Notes: generated from the sequence alone by a model not told the origin. Shown: positions 37,221 through 49,301, counted from the whole stretch's first letter. The stretch is 63,695 nucleotides of DNA, filler included, from Octopus bimaculoides (GCF_001194135.2; 8 parts of 7 records of this genome joined end to end with filler, not necessarily neighbours in it), one strand, 5' to 3'. Translations and numbers: made by a program.

Positions 37221-37799
37221 GTTGTTGTTGCTGTCGCAGGTAATGTTACTATGTTTTTTTCTTCTTGCGACGACTACCATTGTTGTTCTTGTCATCGTCG
37301 TTGGGCTTGTTGTTATTGTTATTGCTACATGTTAATTTACTGCCAGTTTCCTTAAAACCAGACAACACAATGTTGTATTTTTAATCAANNNNNNNNNNNN
37401 NNNNNNNNNNNNNNNNNNNNNNNNNNNNNNNNNNNNNNNNNNNNNNNNNNNNNNNNNNNNNNNNNNNNNNNNNNNNNNNNNNNNNNNNNNNNNNNNNNNN
37501 NNNNNNNNNNNNNNNNNNNNNNNNNNNNNNNNNNNNNNNNNNNNNNNNNNNNNNNNNNNNNNNNNNNNNNNNNNNNNNNNNNNNNNNNNNNNNNNNNNNN
37601 NNNNNNNNNNNNNNNNNNNNNNNNNNNNNNNNNNNNNNNNNNNNNNNNNNNNNNNNNNNNNNNNNNNNNNNNNNNNNNNNNNNNNNNTAAATGTCTGAAC
37701 GATTACATTATTCAACATGTTTTTCGATTTCTTTTAAAGACAAAAAAGGTGTGTAGAAGTTGCTCAAAGAATAGACATGGCTAAAATTACATTTAATAC

Positions 37800-38085
37800 A
37801 GTTCTATATTTAAGAGATGAGGAATTATGTACATTGTTTACAATTGACGGATATTTGTCTTCATCTTGCTCGTTGTTAACACAACCTTTCGGCTGATATA
37901 CCCTCCACCCTTCATCAGGTGTCTTAACTACTACCGCGGGCATATGGCGTAGTGGTTAAGAGCGCGGGCTACTAACTCCAAGATTCCGAGTTCGATTTCA
38001 GGCAGTGACCTGAATAAAAATAATAATAACAATAACAACATGGAAAAATATCTTAGGAATGAGAAGCCAGGTTCGAAATTTTCTC
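37800..38085. mobile_element. Family E SINE with its tRNA-like 5' part (+, 37934-38085) inverted relative to its 3' part (-, 37800-37925)
   Basis: A box tggcgtagtgg 37945-37955 and B box gagttcgatt 37988-37997 are on +. The tail has the same orientation as in the all-minus copy at 913-1071. Confidence 0.8.
37878..37925 (-). ncRNA. Minimal type I hammerhead ribozyme motif (two apparent mutations)
   Basis: Minus strand GACAC-CUGAUGA-A-GGGUG[loop]CAGCC-GAAA-G-GUU/GUGUU. Stem I has 5 pairs including one G-U. Stem II has 4 of 5 pairs. G in place of C after GAAA. Confidence 0.6.
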
Positions 38086-38129
38086 TAGCGTGTAGAGAGA
38101 CCACGGAGATAATGACACTAGATGATAAC

Positions 38130-38890
38130 TTACATCACAAAGATGTTGCTAAATAACCTCCACTCGTCATGGAGATGTTGCTAATGACTGAGATCCATCG
38201 CTAAAATGTTGCTAACTACAGTCACTCGTCACGGAGGTGCTGTTAATATTCTAACAACCTCAACTTATCACCGGAATGTTGCTAACTACCCCAACTCGCC
38301 ACAAAGGCATTGCTAATTATCTTCAGTCATGACCAAGATGATGCTAGTAATCTTTACTCGTCAGAGAGATCTTGCTAATCTCCTTCCCTCATCACAGAGA
38401 AGAAGCTAGCAAGCCCACCTAGACACAGGTGGCGGTAGTAGTCACCAGTCTTCACTAAAATGTTGCTAACAATAAGCACCACCAATCACAGATATTGCTA
38501 GCTGCTTTAACTCACTACAAAGATGTTATAAATTACCTTCATTCACACAGAGATGGTGCTAATAACCTACATTTGTCGCAACGATGTTGCTAACAAACCT
38601 TTATCCACGACAGAGGTGTTGCTAATTGTCACTTATCACAGAGATATTGCTAGTTCGCTTCATCCATCATAAATATGTTGCTAATAACGTTCACTCGTCG
38701 CATAGATGAAGCTAATGCACTTCACTCGTTGCTATTTCCCACATCTATCACAGAGATGCTCTTAATAACCTATACCTGCCCCAGAAGCGTCGCTAATAAA
38801 CCCCATTCATGACAGACGTGTTGTTAACAGCCCAAATTCAACGCCGTTACGTTGTTGTTAACCTTCATACATCACAAATATGTTATTAAT
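38130..38890. repeat. Highly diverged about 31-bp tandem array, about 24 units
   Basis: Consensus approximately GATGTTGCTAATAACCTTCACTCGTCACAGA. Most units are 31 bp (range about 28-39). Confidence 0.9.
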
Positions 38891-39228
38891 AATAATAAAT
38901 CAGCTTCGAAGTAGCGACGCCAACAGGGTGACGCCAAAACGGCTGTGTCAAAACGTCTCATGTCCTGCTAAGTTAATGCTTCAAAATCTGGATTAAACGA
39001 ACTTCGATTTCTGTTTTTAGAGAGCTCCGTTAGCGGGTGGTTGCAAATTTGAATTTTTGAGAAAATTTGCTGAGGGGTGATGGCGTCTCACCAGCCATAC
39101 GGTGTAGACAGTTCCTGCGGTTTGTTGAAAAACAGACGGTGTGTTATCGATTAAGTCTACTGAAAATAAAACAACAACAGCAACAATAAAATTACGAAAA
39201 TTGGTGATTTACTGCCGTTTGGCGAACG

Positions 39229-39494
39229 AAAATAAGATGGAATTTTCTCCTCATCAATGTTATCATCGTATCGACGAAAGAAACTTGAACAAATTGTATA
39301 GCGATATCTGGCTGTGAAACCATGAAACGTTACACACACACACACACACACACACGCTCACACACATGTATATATATATATATGTATAAAGATATAGCTG
39401 TGTGTGTGTGTAAATATATGTATGTATGAATGTATGTATATATGTATATATGTATGTCTGTATCTATCTATCTATCAGTCTGTCTCTGTCTGTC

Positions 39495-39566
<72 letters not shown>

Positions 39567-39874
39567 CACACATACATATATTTATATATATATATATGAT
39601 ATATATATCAATGAATGTGTATGTCTGTGTGTGTATGTCAAAGTTAATATGTATATGTGTGTATATGTGTATATACATGTAAATACCTGTATATTAATAT
39701 ATATATATATACACATATTATATATATGCATATATATATCTGTGTGTATGTGTGCGCGCGTGTGTGTGTATAACACTTCATGGTTTCACAGCCAGATATC
39801 GCTATACAATTTGTTCACGTTTCCTTCTTCGATACGATTATAACATTGATAAGGAGAAAATTGCATCTTATTTT
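39229..39874. repeat. About 104-bp inverted repeat (39229-39332 / 39771-39874) around an SSR core
   Basis: catggtttcacagccagatatcgctatacaatttgttca.gtttc is the reverse complement of arm 1. About 90% identity by eye. Confidence 0.9.
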
Positions 39875-40395
39875 TATTTATATGTGTATATGTGCGTATA
39901 TAAATGTGCACATATATTTGTTATTTGTGCGTGTGTCCAAGCCTCTATATACATACATACATACATTGTTAATATATACATACATGGATATATATGTGTA
40001 TGCATGTATATATATATACATACATACATATATATATTCTACTAGATCCTCGGGCCGACCAAAGCCTTGTGAGTGGACTTGGTAGACGGAAATTGAAAGA
40101 AGCCCGTCGTATATATACATATATTTGTGTGTGTGTTTGTGTGTCTGTGTTCCCCCGCCCCCAACATAGCTTGACAGCCAAACAAACAAACAAAAAAAAG
40201 ACCGATAAACAAAATCTTTGATGACATTGCGCATCTTTTAATTCGAACCCAAAGCAATATGGTTCAAAAGTGAGCTTCTTAACCACACAGCCAGCCAGAA
40301 TCTTTTGCTTGCGTTTATTGCACGAAACTAATGTATATAGGAGTCAACGAAAACCCATCAATATCCCTTAAGCACAAGAGCAAATACATACATAA

Positions 40396-40432
<37 letters not shown>

Positions 40433-40794
40433 CACATATGTATATGTACGTATACATACAAGTGTGTGTGTGTGTGCGTGTGTGTGTACACTGTTTTCCC
40501 ATCTACTTTCTCTCGACTTTCTGTCTCTCAGTAAATCCTTGTTCTTCAGCCTCACTAGCAAATATTTAGATTACATATTTTTAGAAAACGTATAACCATG
40601 TTACATCGCCGGCCGTGCTTTCATTAGCATAATCTAAAGCAACAACAGCGACAATGACAACAACAACAACAACGAGAACAACAACAACAATAGNNNNNNN
40701 NNNNNNNNNNNNNNNNNNNNNNNNNNNNNNNNNNNNNTTAATTAATTAANNNNNNNNNNNNNNNNNNNNNNNNNNNNNNNNNNNNNNNNNNNNA

Positions 40795-41525
40795 AGAATG
40801 GTGGCGGCAGGCGACAGAGGGGTGGGGGTGTGGTGGTTGAAAGACAAACAGGAAATAATGAAGATGAGTATGATAACGATAGTAGTGGTGATGACGGTGG
40901 TGGTGCAACGATTGTGATGAGAGTGATGGTGGCGGTGGTGGTGGCAGTGGTGGTGGCAGTGGTGGCGGTGGGGATGGTGACCATGGTTGTGGTAGTGGTG
41001 GTGATGATGGTGATGATGGTGATCATAATAAGGATCATGACGAGAATAATAATGAAGATGGGGATGATGATGATGATGATGCTGATGATGCTGATGATGA
41101 TGATGATGACGATGCTGATGATGATGATGATGACGATGAGGAGGACGAGGACGATTACAACGAGGACGACGACGACGACGACGACGACGATGATGAAAGA
41201 TGATGATAAATTGATGGTGATGATGGTATGATGAGGAAGAGAAGAAGGAGGAGGAAAAGAGGACAACGATGACGGTGGAAGATGATGATGATGATGATGA
41301 TGGCTGATGATGACGAGAATGACGATGCCTATGCCGCTGATGATGATGATGATGATGAGGAGGAGGAGGAGGAGGAGGAGGAGGAGGAGAAGAAGGAAGA
41401 GGAGGATAATGATGATGGTGGTGATGGTGGTCGTGGTGGTGATGTTGGTGATGGTAGTAATGATGATGATGATTATGATGACGATGGTGATGATGATGAC
41501 GACGATGACGATGGTGATGATATAA
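40795..41525. repeat. Compound GGT/GAT/GAC/GAG trinucleotide SSR
   Basis: Direct inspection. A similar tract lies at 42644-42925. Confidence 0.9.
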
Positions 41526-41623
41526 AGCAACAAAAAAACAACAACAAGCGAAGCACAATAACAGCCATAACAACATCACAAACATCACTGCATTTTCTCT
41601 CCAGTGCACTTTTGGCTTAGCCA

Positions 41624-41775
41624 AATTTCAGGAGTGCAGCTTCTTGGGGTATGCCTTCAAGAATAATTTCAGGAGTGCAGCTTCTTGGGGTATGCCTTCA
41701 AGAATAATTTCAGGAGTGCAGCTTCTTGGGGTATGCCTTCAAGAATAATTTCAGGAGTGCAGCTTCTTGGGGTAT
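41624..41775. repeat. Perfect 41-bp tandem repeat (at least 3.7 units) running into an 868-N gap
   Basis: aatttcaggagtgcagcttcttggggtatgccttcaagaat; units start at 41624, 41665, 41706, 41747. Confidence 0.95.
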
Positions 41776-43587
41776 NNNNNNNNNNNNNNNNNNNNNNNNN
41801 NNNNNNNNNNNNNNNNNNNNNNNNNNNNNNNNNNNNNNNNNNNNNNNNNNNNNNNNNNNNNNNNNNNNNNNNNNNNNNNNNNNNNNNNNNNNNNNNNNNN
41901 NNNNNNNNNNNNNNNNNNNNNNNNNNNNNNNNNNNNNNNNNNNNNNNNNNNNNNNNNNNNNNNNNNNNNNNNNNNNNNNNNNNNNNNNNNNNNNNNNNNN
42001 NNNNNNNNNNNNNNNNNNNNNNNNNNNNNNNNNNNNNNNNNNNNNNNNNNNNNNNNNNNNNNNNNNNNNNNNNNNNNNNNNNNNNNNNNNNNNNNNNNNN
42101 NNNNNNNNNNNNNNNNNNNNNNNNNNNNNNNNNNNNNNNNNNNNNNNNNNNNNNNNNNNNNNNNNNNNNNNNNNNNNNNNNNNNNNNNNNNNNNNNNNNN
42201 NNNNNNNNNNNNNNNNNNNNNNNNNNNNNNNNNNNNNNNNNNNNNNNNNNNNNNNNNNNNNNNNNNNNNNNNNNNNNNNNNNNNNNNNNNNNNNNNNNNN
42301 NNNNNNNNNNNNNNNNNNNNNNNNNNNNNNNNNNNNNNNNNNNNNNNNNNNNNNNNNNNNNNNNNNNNNNNNNNNNNNNNNNNNNNNNNNNNNNNNNNNN
42401 NNNNNNNNNNNNNNNNNNNNNNNNNNNNNNNNNNNNNNNNNNNNNNNNNNNNNNNNNNNNNNNNNNNNNNNNNNNNNNNNNNNNNNNNNNNNNNNNNNNN
42501 NNNNNNNNNNNNNNNNNNNNNNNNNNNNNNNNNNNNNNNNNNNNNNNNNNNNNNNNNNNNNNNNNNNNNNNNNNNNNNNNNNNNNNNNNNNNNNNNNNNN
42601 NNNNNNNNNNNNNNNNNNNNNNNNNNNNNNNNNNNNNNNNNNNGTGGTAGTGGTGGTGGTGGTGGTAGTGGTGGTAGTGGTGGTAGTGGTGGTGGTAGTG
42701 GTAGTGGTGGTGGTAGTGGTGGTGGTGTCGGTGTTGTTGTTGTTGTTGTTGTTGGTGGTGGTGCCATTGTTGTTGCTGTTGTTATTGCTTCTCTCGTTCT
42801 TGTTGTTTTTTACTATTGCGGTTCTTGCTGTTGTTATTGTCATTGTTGTCGTTGTTGTTTTAGTTGTTGTTGCTCTTGTTCTTGTCCTCATCGTCATCGT
42901 CATCGTTGCTGCTGCTGCTGCTGCTGTTAACACTGACATCGTTTGGAGATTAATAAACAATTTGGAGAATATCACATCGAAGAAACGAAACACGAGAGCT
43001 TAAGTCAAGGGATCAAATATACCGAGTTATCTCCATTATTTATCGATGGATGACAAATAATCCGGCATCAATCATTAATTACGTTGTTTTGCATTGTTTT
43101 GTTTCGGTATTTAATCCATTTGACAAAGTTAAGACAATAAGCCAAGCAAATAATTAACTTTAACCCTTTCATGTACTTCCGGTGGCCATATTGTAGACAG
43201 AAAACAGGTGGATAGTTCTAGCATCTGTGGCGTTGAATGGATGAAAGGAGAAAATCAACTCCGCTTTTCTGGAATGTACGGTGATCTATTGTAACTTAAG
43301 GAAATTTTGGGAGTTCACTGCCGCGGTCCGATTGAAAATTAAAGAGCATCTTGGCAATGACCCCTCCCCACTCACCAGGATGAACAGAACCCTCTAGGAA
43401 TTTCACAGTCAAGTCGTTCACAAGAGTTACAATACGGGCGCAAATTCTTATTTATAAGATATAACCTTTAGCAGAACCAGTCCAAAAAATTCCTAAAAAA
43501 AATAGATAAATAAATAAATAAATTTATTTTATTTTATGGCTAAACAGGTAGGTGGCAGCTAGTCATGGGAATTTGTAGATATGTGTA

Positions 43588-43650
<63 letters not shown>

Positions 43651-44452
43651 NNNNNNNNNNNNNNNNNNNNNNNNNNNNNNNNNNNNNNNNNNNNNNNNNN
43701 NNNNNNNNNNNNNNNNNNNNNNNNNNNNNNNNNNNNNNNNNNNNNNNNNNNNNNNNNNNNNNNNNNNNNNNNNNNNNNNNNNNNNNNNNNNNNNNNNNNN
43801 NNNNNNNNNNNNNNNNNNNNNNNNNNNNNNNNNNNNNNNNNNNNNNNNNNNNNNNNNNNNNNNNNNNNNNNNNNNNNNNNNNNNNNNNNNNNNNNNNNNN
43901 NNNNNNNNNNNNNNNNNNNNNNNNNNNNNNNNNNNNNNNNNNNNNNNNNNNNNNNNNNNNNNNNNNNNNNNNNNNNNNNNNNNNNNNNNNNNNNNNNNNN
44001 NNNNNNNNNNNNNNNNNNNNNNNNNNNNNNNNNNNNNNNNNNNNNNNNNNNNNNNNNNNNNNNNNNNNNNNNNNNNNNNNNNNNNNNNNNNNNNNNNNNN
44101 NNNNNNNNNNNNNNNNNNNNNNNNNNNNNNNNNNNNNNNNNNNNNNNNNNNNNNNNNNNNNNNNNNNNNNNNNNNNNNNNNNNNNNNNNNNNNNNNNATA
44201 CATAGAAACAGGTCTATGTTATACGTGTAAGATCTTTATGTAATAAAGATATCAAAAGATTTCGCAACCTTTTGCTATTATTTGCGAAACTCTGAGCTGT
44301 CAAACATCCCACGTGCATCATCTCGCTCACGAATGGAGAGAGAAAGAGAGAGGGAGAGTAAAGGGGCACAGAGAGAGAGGTGGGGAATATTGACAAGGAG
44401 ACTAACGGACAGAGAAATGAAGACATTTAATTAGAGACATTTAGAGAGACAG

Positions 44453-44496
<44 letters not shown>

Positions 44497-44625
44497 AGAC
44501 AGTCAGATAGACAGACAGAAAATAATATCGGTAGACAGACAGGCAAACAGACAGAGAGATAGAGATAGAAAGGAAACACACACACACAGACACGCACACA
44601 TACGCACGCACACATACACACACAC

Positions 44626-44666
<41 letters not shown>

Positions 44667-45270
44667 TACACAAACACATAAATACACACACACATACACA
44701 TACAGACTAATAGACATATTCAGAAACAGAATGACACCGAGAAACGGTAAACAAAAAGACAGAGATAGCGTGTGCGTGCGTGCTTGTATGTGTGTACGCT
44801 TGTTTGTGTATGTGTATGTGTATGCATGAATGTGTGTATGTGTGTGTGTTTTAAAGTTTACTTTTATCTTTACATCGCTCTTTTCACTTGATTTTCTTTT
44901 TTTTTTCTTATATTTTTTTTTACTTTTTTTCCCCGTTTACAATTTTTATCAATTTTTTTTCTATAATATTTGATTTTCCATTTTTCCATCTTTTTTTTTA
45001 TATTTTGTAATATCTTTTGATTTTTCTCTTCTTTATCAAAACTCCAAGGAACCTTTATCTATTCATAGGTTTTATCGTCATCATCATCATCATCATCATC
45101 ATCATTATCATTATTGCTGCTGCTGCTGTTAGCCTTTTATTCTTATTTTTTAACTTTTAGATTTCTTAAAGTAATCAGACTCCATGAATTACTTTTAATG
45201 ATTCGTTTTGTTATTATTTCAGCCTTTATTTATTTATTCATTATTTTCTTTCTTTATTTTAATGTGGCTA

Positions 45271-45311
<41 letters not shown>

Positions 45312-46389
45312 TTTATTACGATTATTATTTTTAGTAGTAGCAGTCTTTCATTTATTTATCTATTATTTTGTTTTGTTTGTTTGTTTACTTTAAAGAATTA
45401 AACATCTTAGAAGAAAAGATTTCAGCGGTTCACTTCACATTTTGCCTTCATTGTTTAAATCGTAGAGAATATTATTTCTTGTTGTAAAATAAAATAAAAT
45501 AGAATAAAATAAAATAAAAGTAATAATGGAGAAAGAAAATAAAATAAAATACATGAAAAAAAAAAAATTGATGCTTTCAAATTTCAATCGTCTGCTTTTT
45601 ATCCGTTTCTCTCTCCCTCTCCCCCTCTCTGTATCTCTATATATCTATCTATCTGTCTATCTATATTTGTATCGTTACTAGACTTAAACAGCAGCCATTT
45701 TAAATGTCGCAATGGCCGAATGGAAGAACAAGTAAGATGGCCTCTTCTCCTCACGGGTCATGATCACTTCGAAGTTCTTAATGGTAATAATAGATACTTT
45801 AGTTGTTCCTACAAGCAGGAAAGAATATAAGCGGTGCCACTGAAACCTGCTCTCTGTTTCGCCACATTTATCAAAAGACTATACGAAAACTAATGACGAA
45901 GAAATGGCGATGGTTAGCTGGCTTCTTGTAACTTTTTTTTATTTTCTTCTTCTTCTTCGTAGTTTTCTTCTTCATTTTCTCCTTCTTTGGTTTCTTTGAC
46001 TTCTCCATTTTCTTCTTCCTTTCCTTCTTGTCCTTCTCTTTTTTCTTTTTCTTCTTCTTCTTCGTCTTCTTCGACTTCATCTTCGTTTTTTTCTTCAGCA
46101 CTATTTTCTTCGTCTTCTCCGTTTTCTTCTTTACTTTCAGTTTTATCTTCTTCTTTTTCATCATCATCATCATCATCATCATCTTCTTCTTCTTCTTCTT
46201 CTTCTTCTTCTTCTTCTTCTTCTTCTTCTTCTTCTTCTTCTTCTTCTTCTTCTTCTTCTTCTTCTTCTTCTTCTTCTTCTTCTTCTTCTNNNNNNNNNNN
46301 NNNNNNNNNNNNNNNNNNNNNNNNNNNNNNNNNTTAATTAATTAANNNNNNNNNNNNNNNNNNNNNNNNNNNNNNNNNNNNNNNNNNNN

Positions 46390-46427
<38 letters not shown>

Positions 46428-46789
46428 TTTTACTTGTTTCAGTCACTTGACTGCTGCCATGCTGAGGCATATATATATATACGTATACACACCCGTATAT
46501 AGATATATCATCTATGTACATATAGAGGCACACACATATATATACGTACATAATATTTGTTAAAACTTGGCGCTTCTGTGTTGTGTTTTTTTTTCTTTTA
46601 CTTAAGATCATTGTATTCAAAATATATATGTGCATATTTGCACACGCACGTGTTTGTGGATTTTTTCTCTAAGCATATATTTGCTTGTGTGTGTGCGTGT
46701 GTGTGTGTGTGTGTTTCTGTGTGTACACGCATGAACGGACGTAATACTTTATTTGACCTGATAGTGGAGTAGAAGTAACTCTACAAGCT

Positions 46790-47165
46790 ATTTAGTAACC
46801 ATATTTCTATATTCTGAGTTCAAATCCTGCCTCCGAGGTCAAATTTAATTTTAATCTTTTCTGGGTCGATAATCTAAAGTACCAGTGAAGTACTGTAATC
46901 GATGTAATCAGCTAAATCCTTCCCCGAAATTTCTGGATTTGTGTCTGAATTAGAAAATTATTATTTTTAGAATCAGTGGAGAATCGGGCGTTTTTTTTTT
47001 TTTTCTCTGCTCTTTATATCCTGAGTTTAAATCCCGCCAAGATCAATGTTGCTTTCATACTTTCGGGTCGATAAAATAAAGTATCAGTCAAGTACTAGGG
47101 TTAATTTATCGATTAGCCTTTTTCCCCTTCAAAATTATTGGCCATATGTGTAAAATAAAAACCAT
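46790..47165 (+). mobile_element. Two degenerate family B2 SINEs
   Basis: ctgagttcaaatcc...gggtcgataat.taaagtaccagt...aattagaaaattattatt occurs twice. Confidence 0.7.
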
Positions 47166-47689
47166 TATCATGACTAGATATGGAATAATGTGATTGATGG
47201 TGATGGTGATGGTGATGGTGATGATGATAACGACGACGACAACGATCTTGCTAACCCCTAAATCGGACCCGTTTGAGCAGATTTTTGATGAACCCAGACG
47301 CTTCTTTGGTCATCGTATAGCCCGGGCTACAAGATTTAATGCATCCCTTCTTTAATACGGGATGATGCAACTTGAGGGTAATTTGACTGCTATTTCTTGG
47401 AATCAAGTGACGACGTGGAGGTTGACGATAGGTTTAGCAAGAAAGGAAGAGTTAAGCTATCTGTGAAACCAAACAGGAATCACATTTCAAATTCATCCTG
47501 GGAAATATTTCCCTTCACTAACTATAGTGAGGCAATGAATGAACGCCTCCGAATCTTAATTTTATCTGCAATATTAAGGCGATCGTTCCAAGATACAGCT
47601 CACGAATGCTGTGGGTTGTCTCATCAATGACGATTCTAGGGTTTTAAAGAGCTTCAGGCCTTTCAACATCTGATCCAGCCAGGATTGAT

Positions 47690-47865
47690 CTCAAGTCCCA
47701 ACTTGCATTCTTGTCAGTCCACCTCAGCGCTAGCCATCCAGTGTCCCTCTCTGCTGGTTCGATGATGGATTTTACGACCTTGCCCTTTGCTAATGCCCTA
47801 ATAACACCATACCTGTTCAGAGCCTTGCAGAGTGAAAGCTCCATAACCCCCGGCAGCCTTATTTA
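47690..47865 (-). mobile_element. HERO-like RLE retrotransposon C-terminal fragment
   Basis: GCRG[1-nt frameshift]MELSLCKALNRYGVIRALAKGKVVKSIIEPAERDTGWLALRW, cf. E.GCRGF...SL..AL..LG.........AE.AS.WLW.RR. Confidence 0.7.
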
Positions 47866-48436
47866 GTATTTCAGAGATTGTCAGTGAGGTTGCTGTTGTT
47901 AAGTGTTAGCAATATTCTTATGCGCTTTCGTTTCCCGCTTCCCGCGCATTTTTAATACTTTCACTTTCGTTTTGAACGTCACTGTTATTGTTTAGACGGT
48001 TTCCAGTATTGACTTCCTTATATCTCGAGTTTGAGTTCAAATCCGATCGGAACACGTTTTATCTCTCCTCCTTATGGATCACAAAATCTATAATCGATCC
48101 ACTGTTCGATCGACTATATTGCAATCTTTCTTCAAATATAAGCTATTCTACTGCACCATATATAAATATTTGTAACAAGATATGTATAATGCTATAAAAT
48201 AATTATATATATATATATATNNNNNNNNNNNNNNNNNNNNNNNNNNNNNNNNNNNNNNNNNNNNNNNNNNNNNNNNNNNNNNNNNNNNNNNNNNNNNNNN
48301 NNNNNNNNNNNNNNNNNNNNNNNNNNNNNNNNNNNNNNNNNNNNNNNNNNNNNNNNNNNNNNNNNNNNNNNNNNNNNNNNNNNNNNNNNNNNNNNNNNNN
48401 NNNNNNNNNNNNNNNNNNNNNNNNNNNNNNNNNNNN

Positions 48437-48617
48437 GCATGTTATAACTGCATACTTTATTCCGACATATGTTTCGAAGATTTACAAATTACGCGATCCA
48501 TAGGAATCGTCGATGTTAAAAATGTAAACTTTTCCTCAGGGAAATGTATGGGAATCATCTTAAACTTAAGACATTATGACCGAGTATGTCGGAATAAAGT
48601 ATGCAGTTATAACATGC
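48437..48617. mobile_element. MITE with a perfect TIR of at least 33 bp
   Basis: gcatgttataactgcatactttattccgacata (48437-48469) and its reverse complement (48585-48617). The left end abuts a gap, so no TSD is visible. Confidence 0.7.
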
Positions 48618-48769
48618 GTTCACTCCATTCCTTAAATTTATATATGTATATATATATATACATGTACATGTTGTCCATATTATATTACATATAAGTATAT
48701 ATGATTATATATATATTGTTACAAATATACATCATTTATGTTATATAAGTATATACTATTGTGTGTGTG

Positions 48770-49026
48770 TGGAAGGCGGCGATTTGGCACAATCGTTAGC
48801 ACTCTGGACAAAATGCTTAGCGGCATTTCGTCCTTTTTTATGTTCTGAATTCAAATTCCGCCGAGGTCAACTTATCGGAGTCGATAAAGTAAGTACCAGT
48901 CAAGTACTGGGGTCGATTTTAATCGAGCTGCCTCTACCCCAAATTTCAGTCCTTGTGCTTATATTAGAAAGGATATGTATGTGTGTACATACACACGCAC
49001 ACACACATATACACACACACACACAC

Positions 49027-49066
<40 letters not shown>

Positions 49067-49256
49067 GTGCGTGGAGGGCAACGGGGTGGTAGATCCGTTA
49101 GAGCTTCGGGGAGAATGCCTTGCGTTATTTGCTCCGGCTCTCTACATTTTGAGAACCGGAGCAAATAACGGAGCAAATCCTACTGAGGTAAAGTTTACCT
49201 TTCATCCACTGTGGTTGGCTCATCATCTTCCCTTCCCTTCTTCCTCCCCACTTCTT

Positions 49257-49301
<45 letters not shown>

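Noticed and set aside
37934-38010. tRNA gene
   Set aside because: It has A and B boxes but no convincing acceptor or anticodon stems. It continues into SINE body and has a homologous copy at 1010-1071.
38130-38890. CRISPR-like repeat/spacer pattern
   Set aside because: The variable parts derive from one consensus, the core is only about 11 bp, the context is eukaryotic and there are no cas genes. The 41-bp array has no spacers at all.
45905-45925. miR-34-like sequence (tggcgatggttagctggc)
   Set aside because: Only an 11-nt match, the seed differs, and there is no hairpin.
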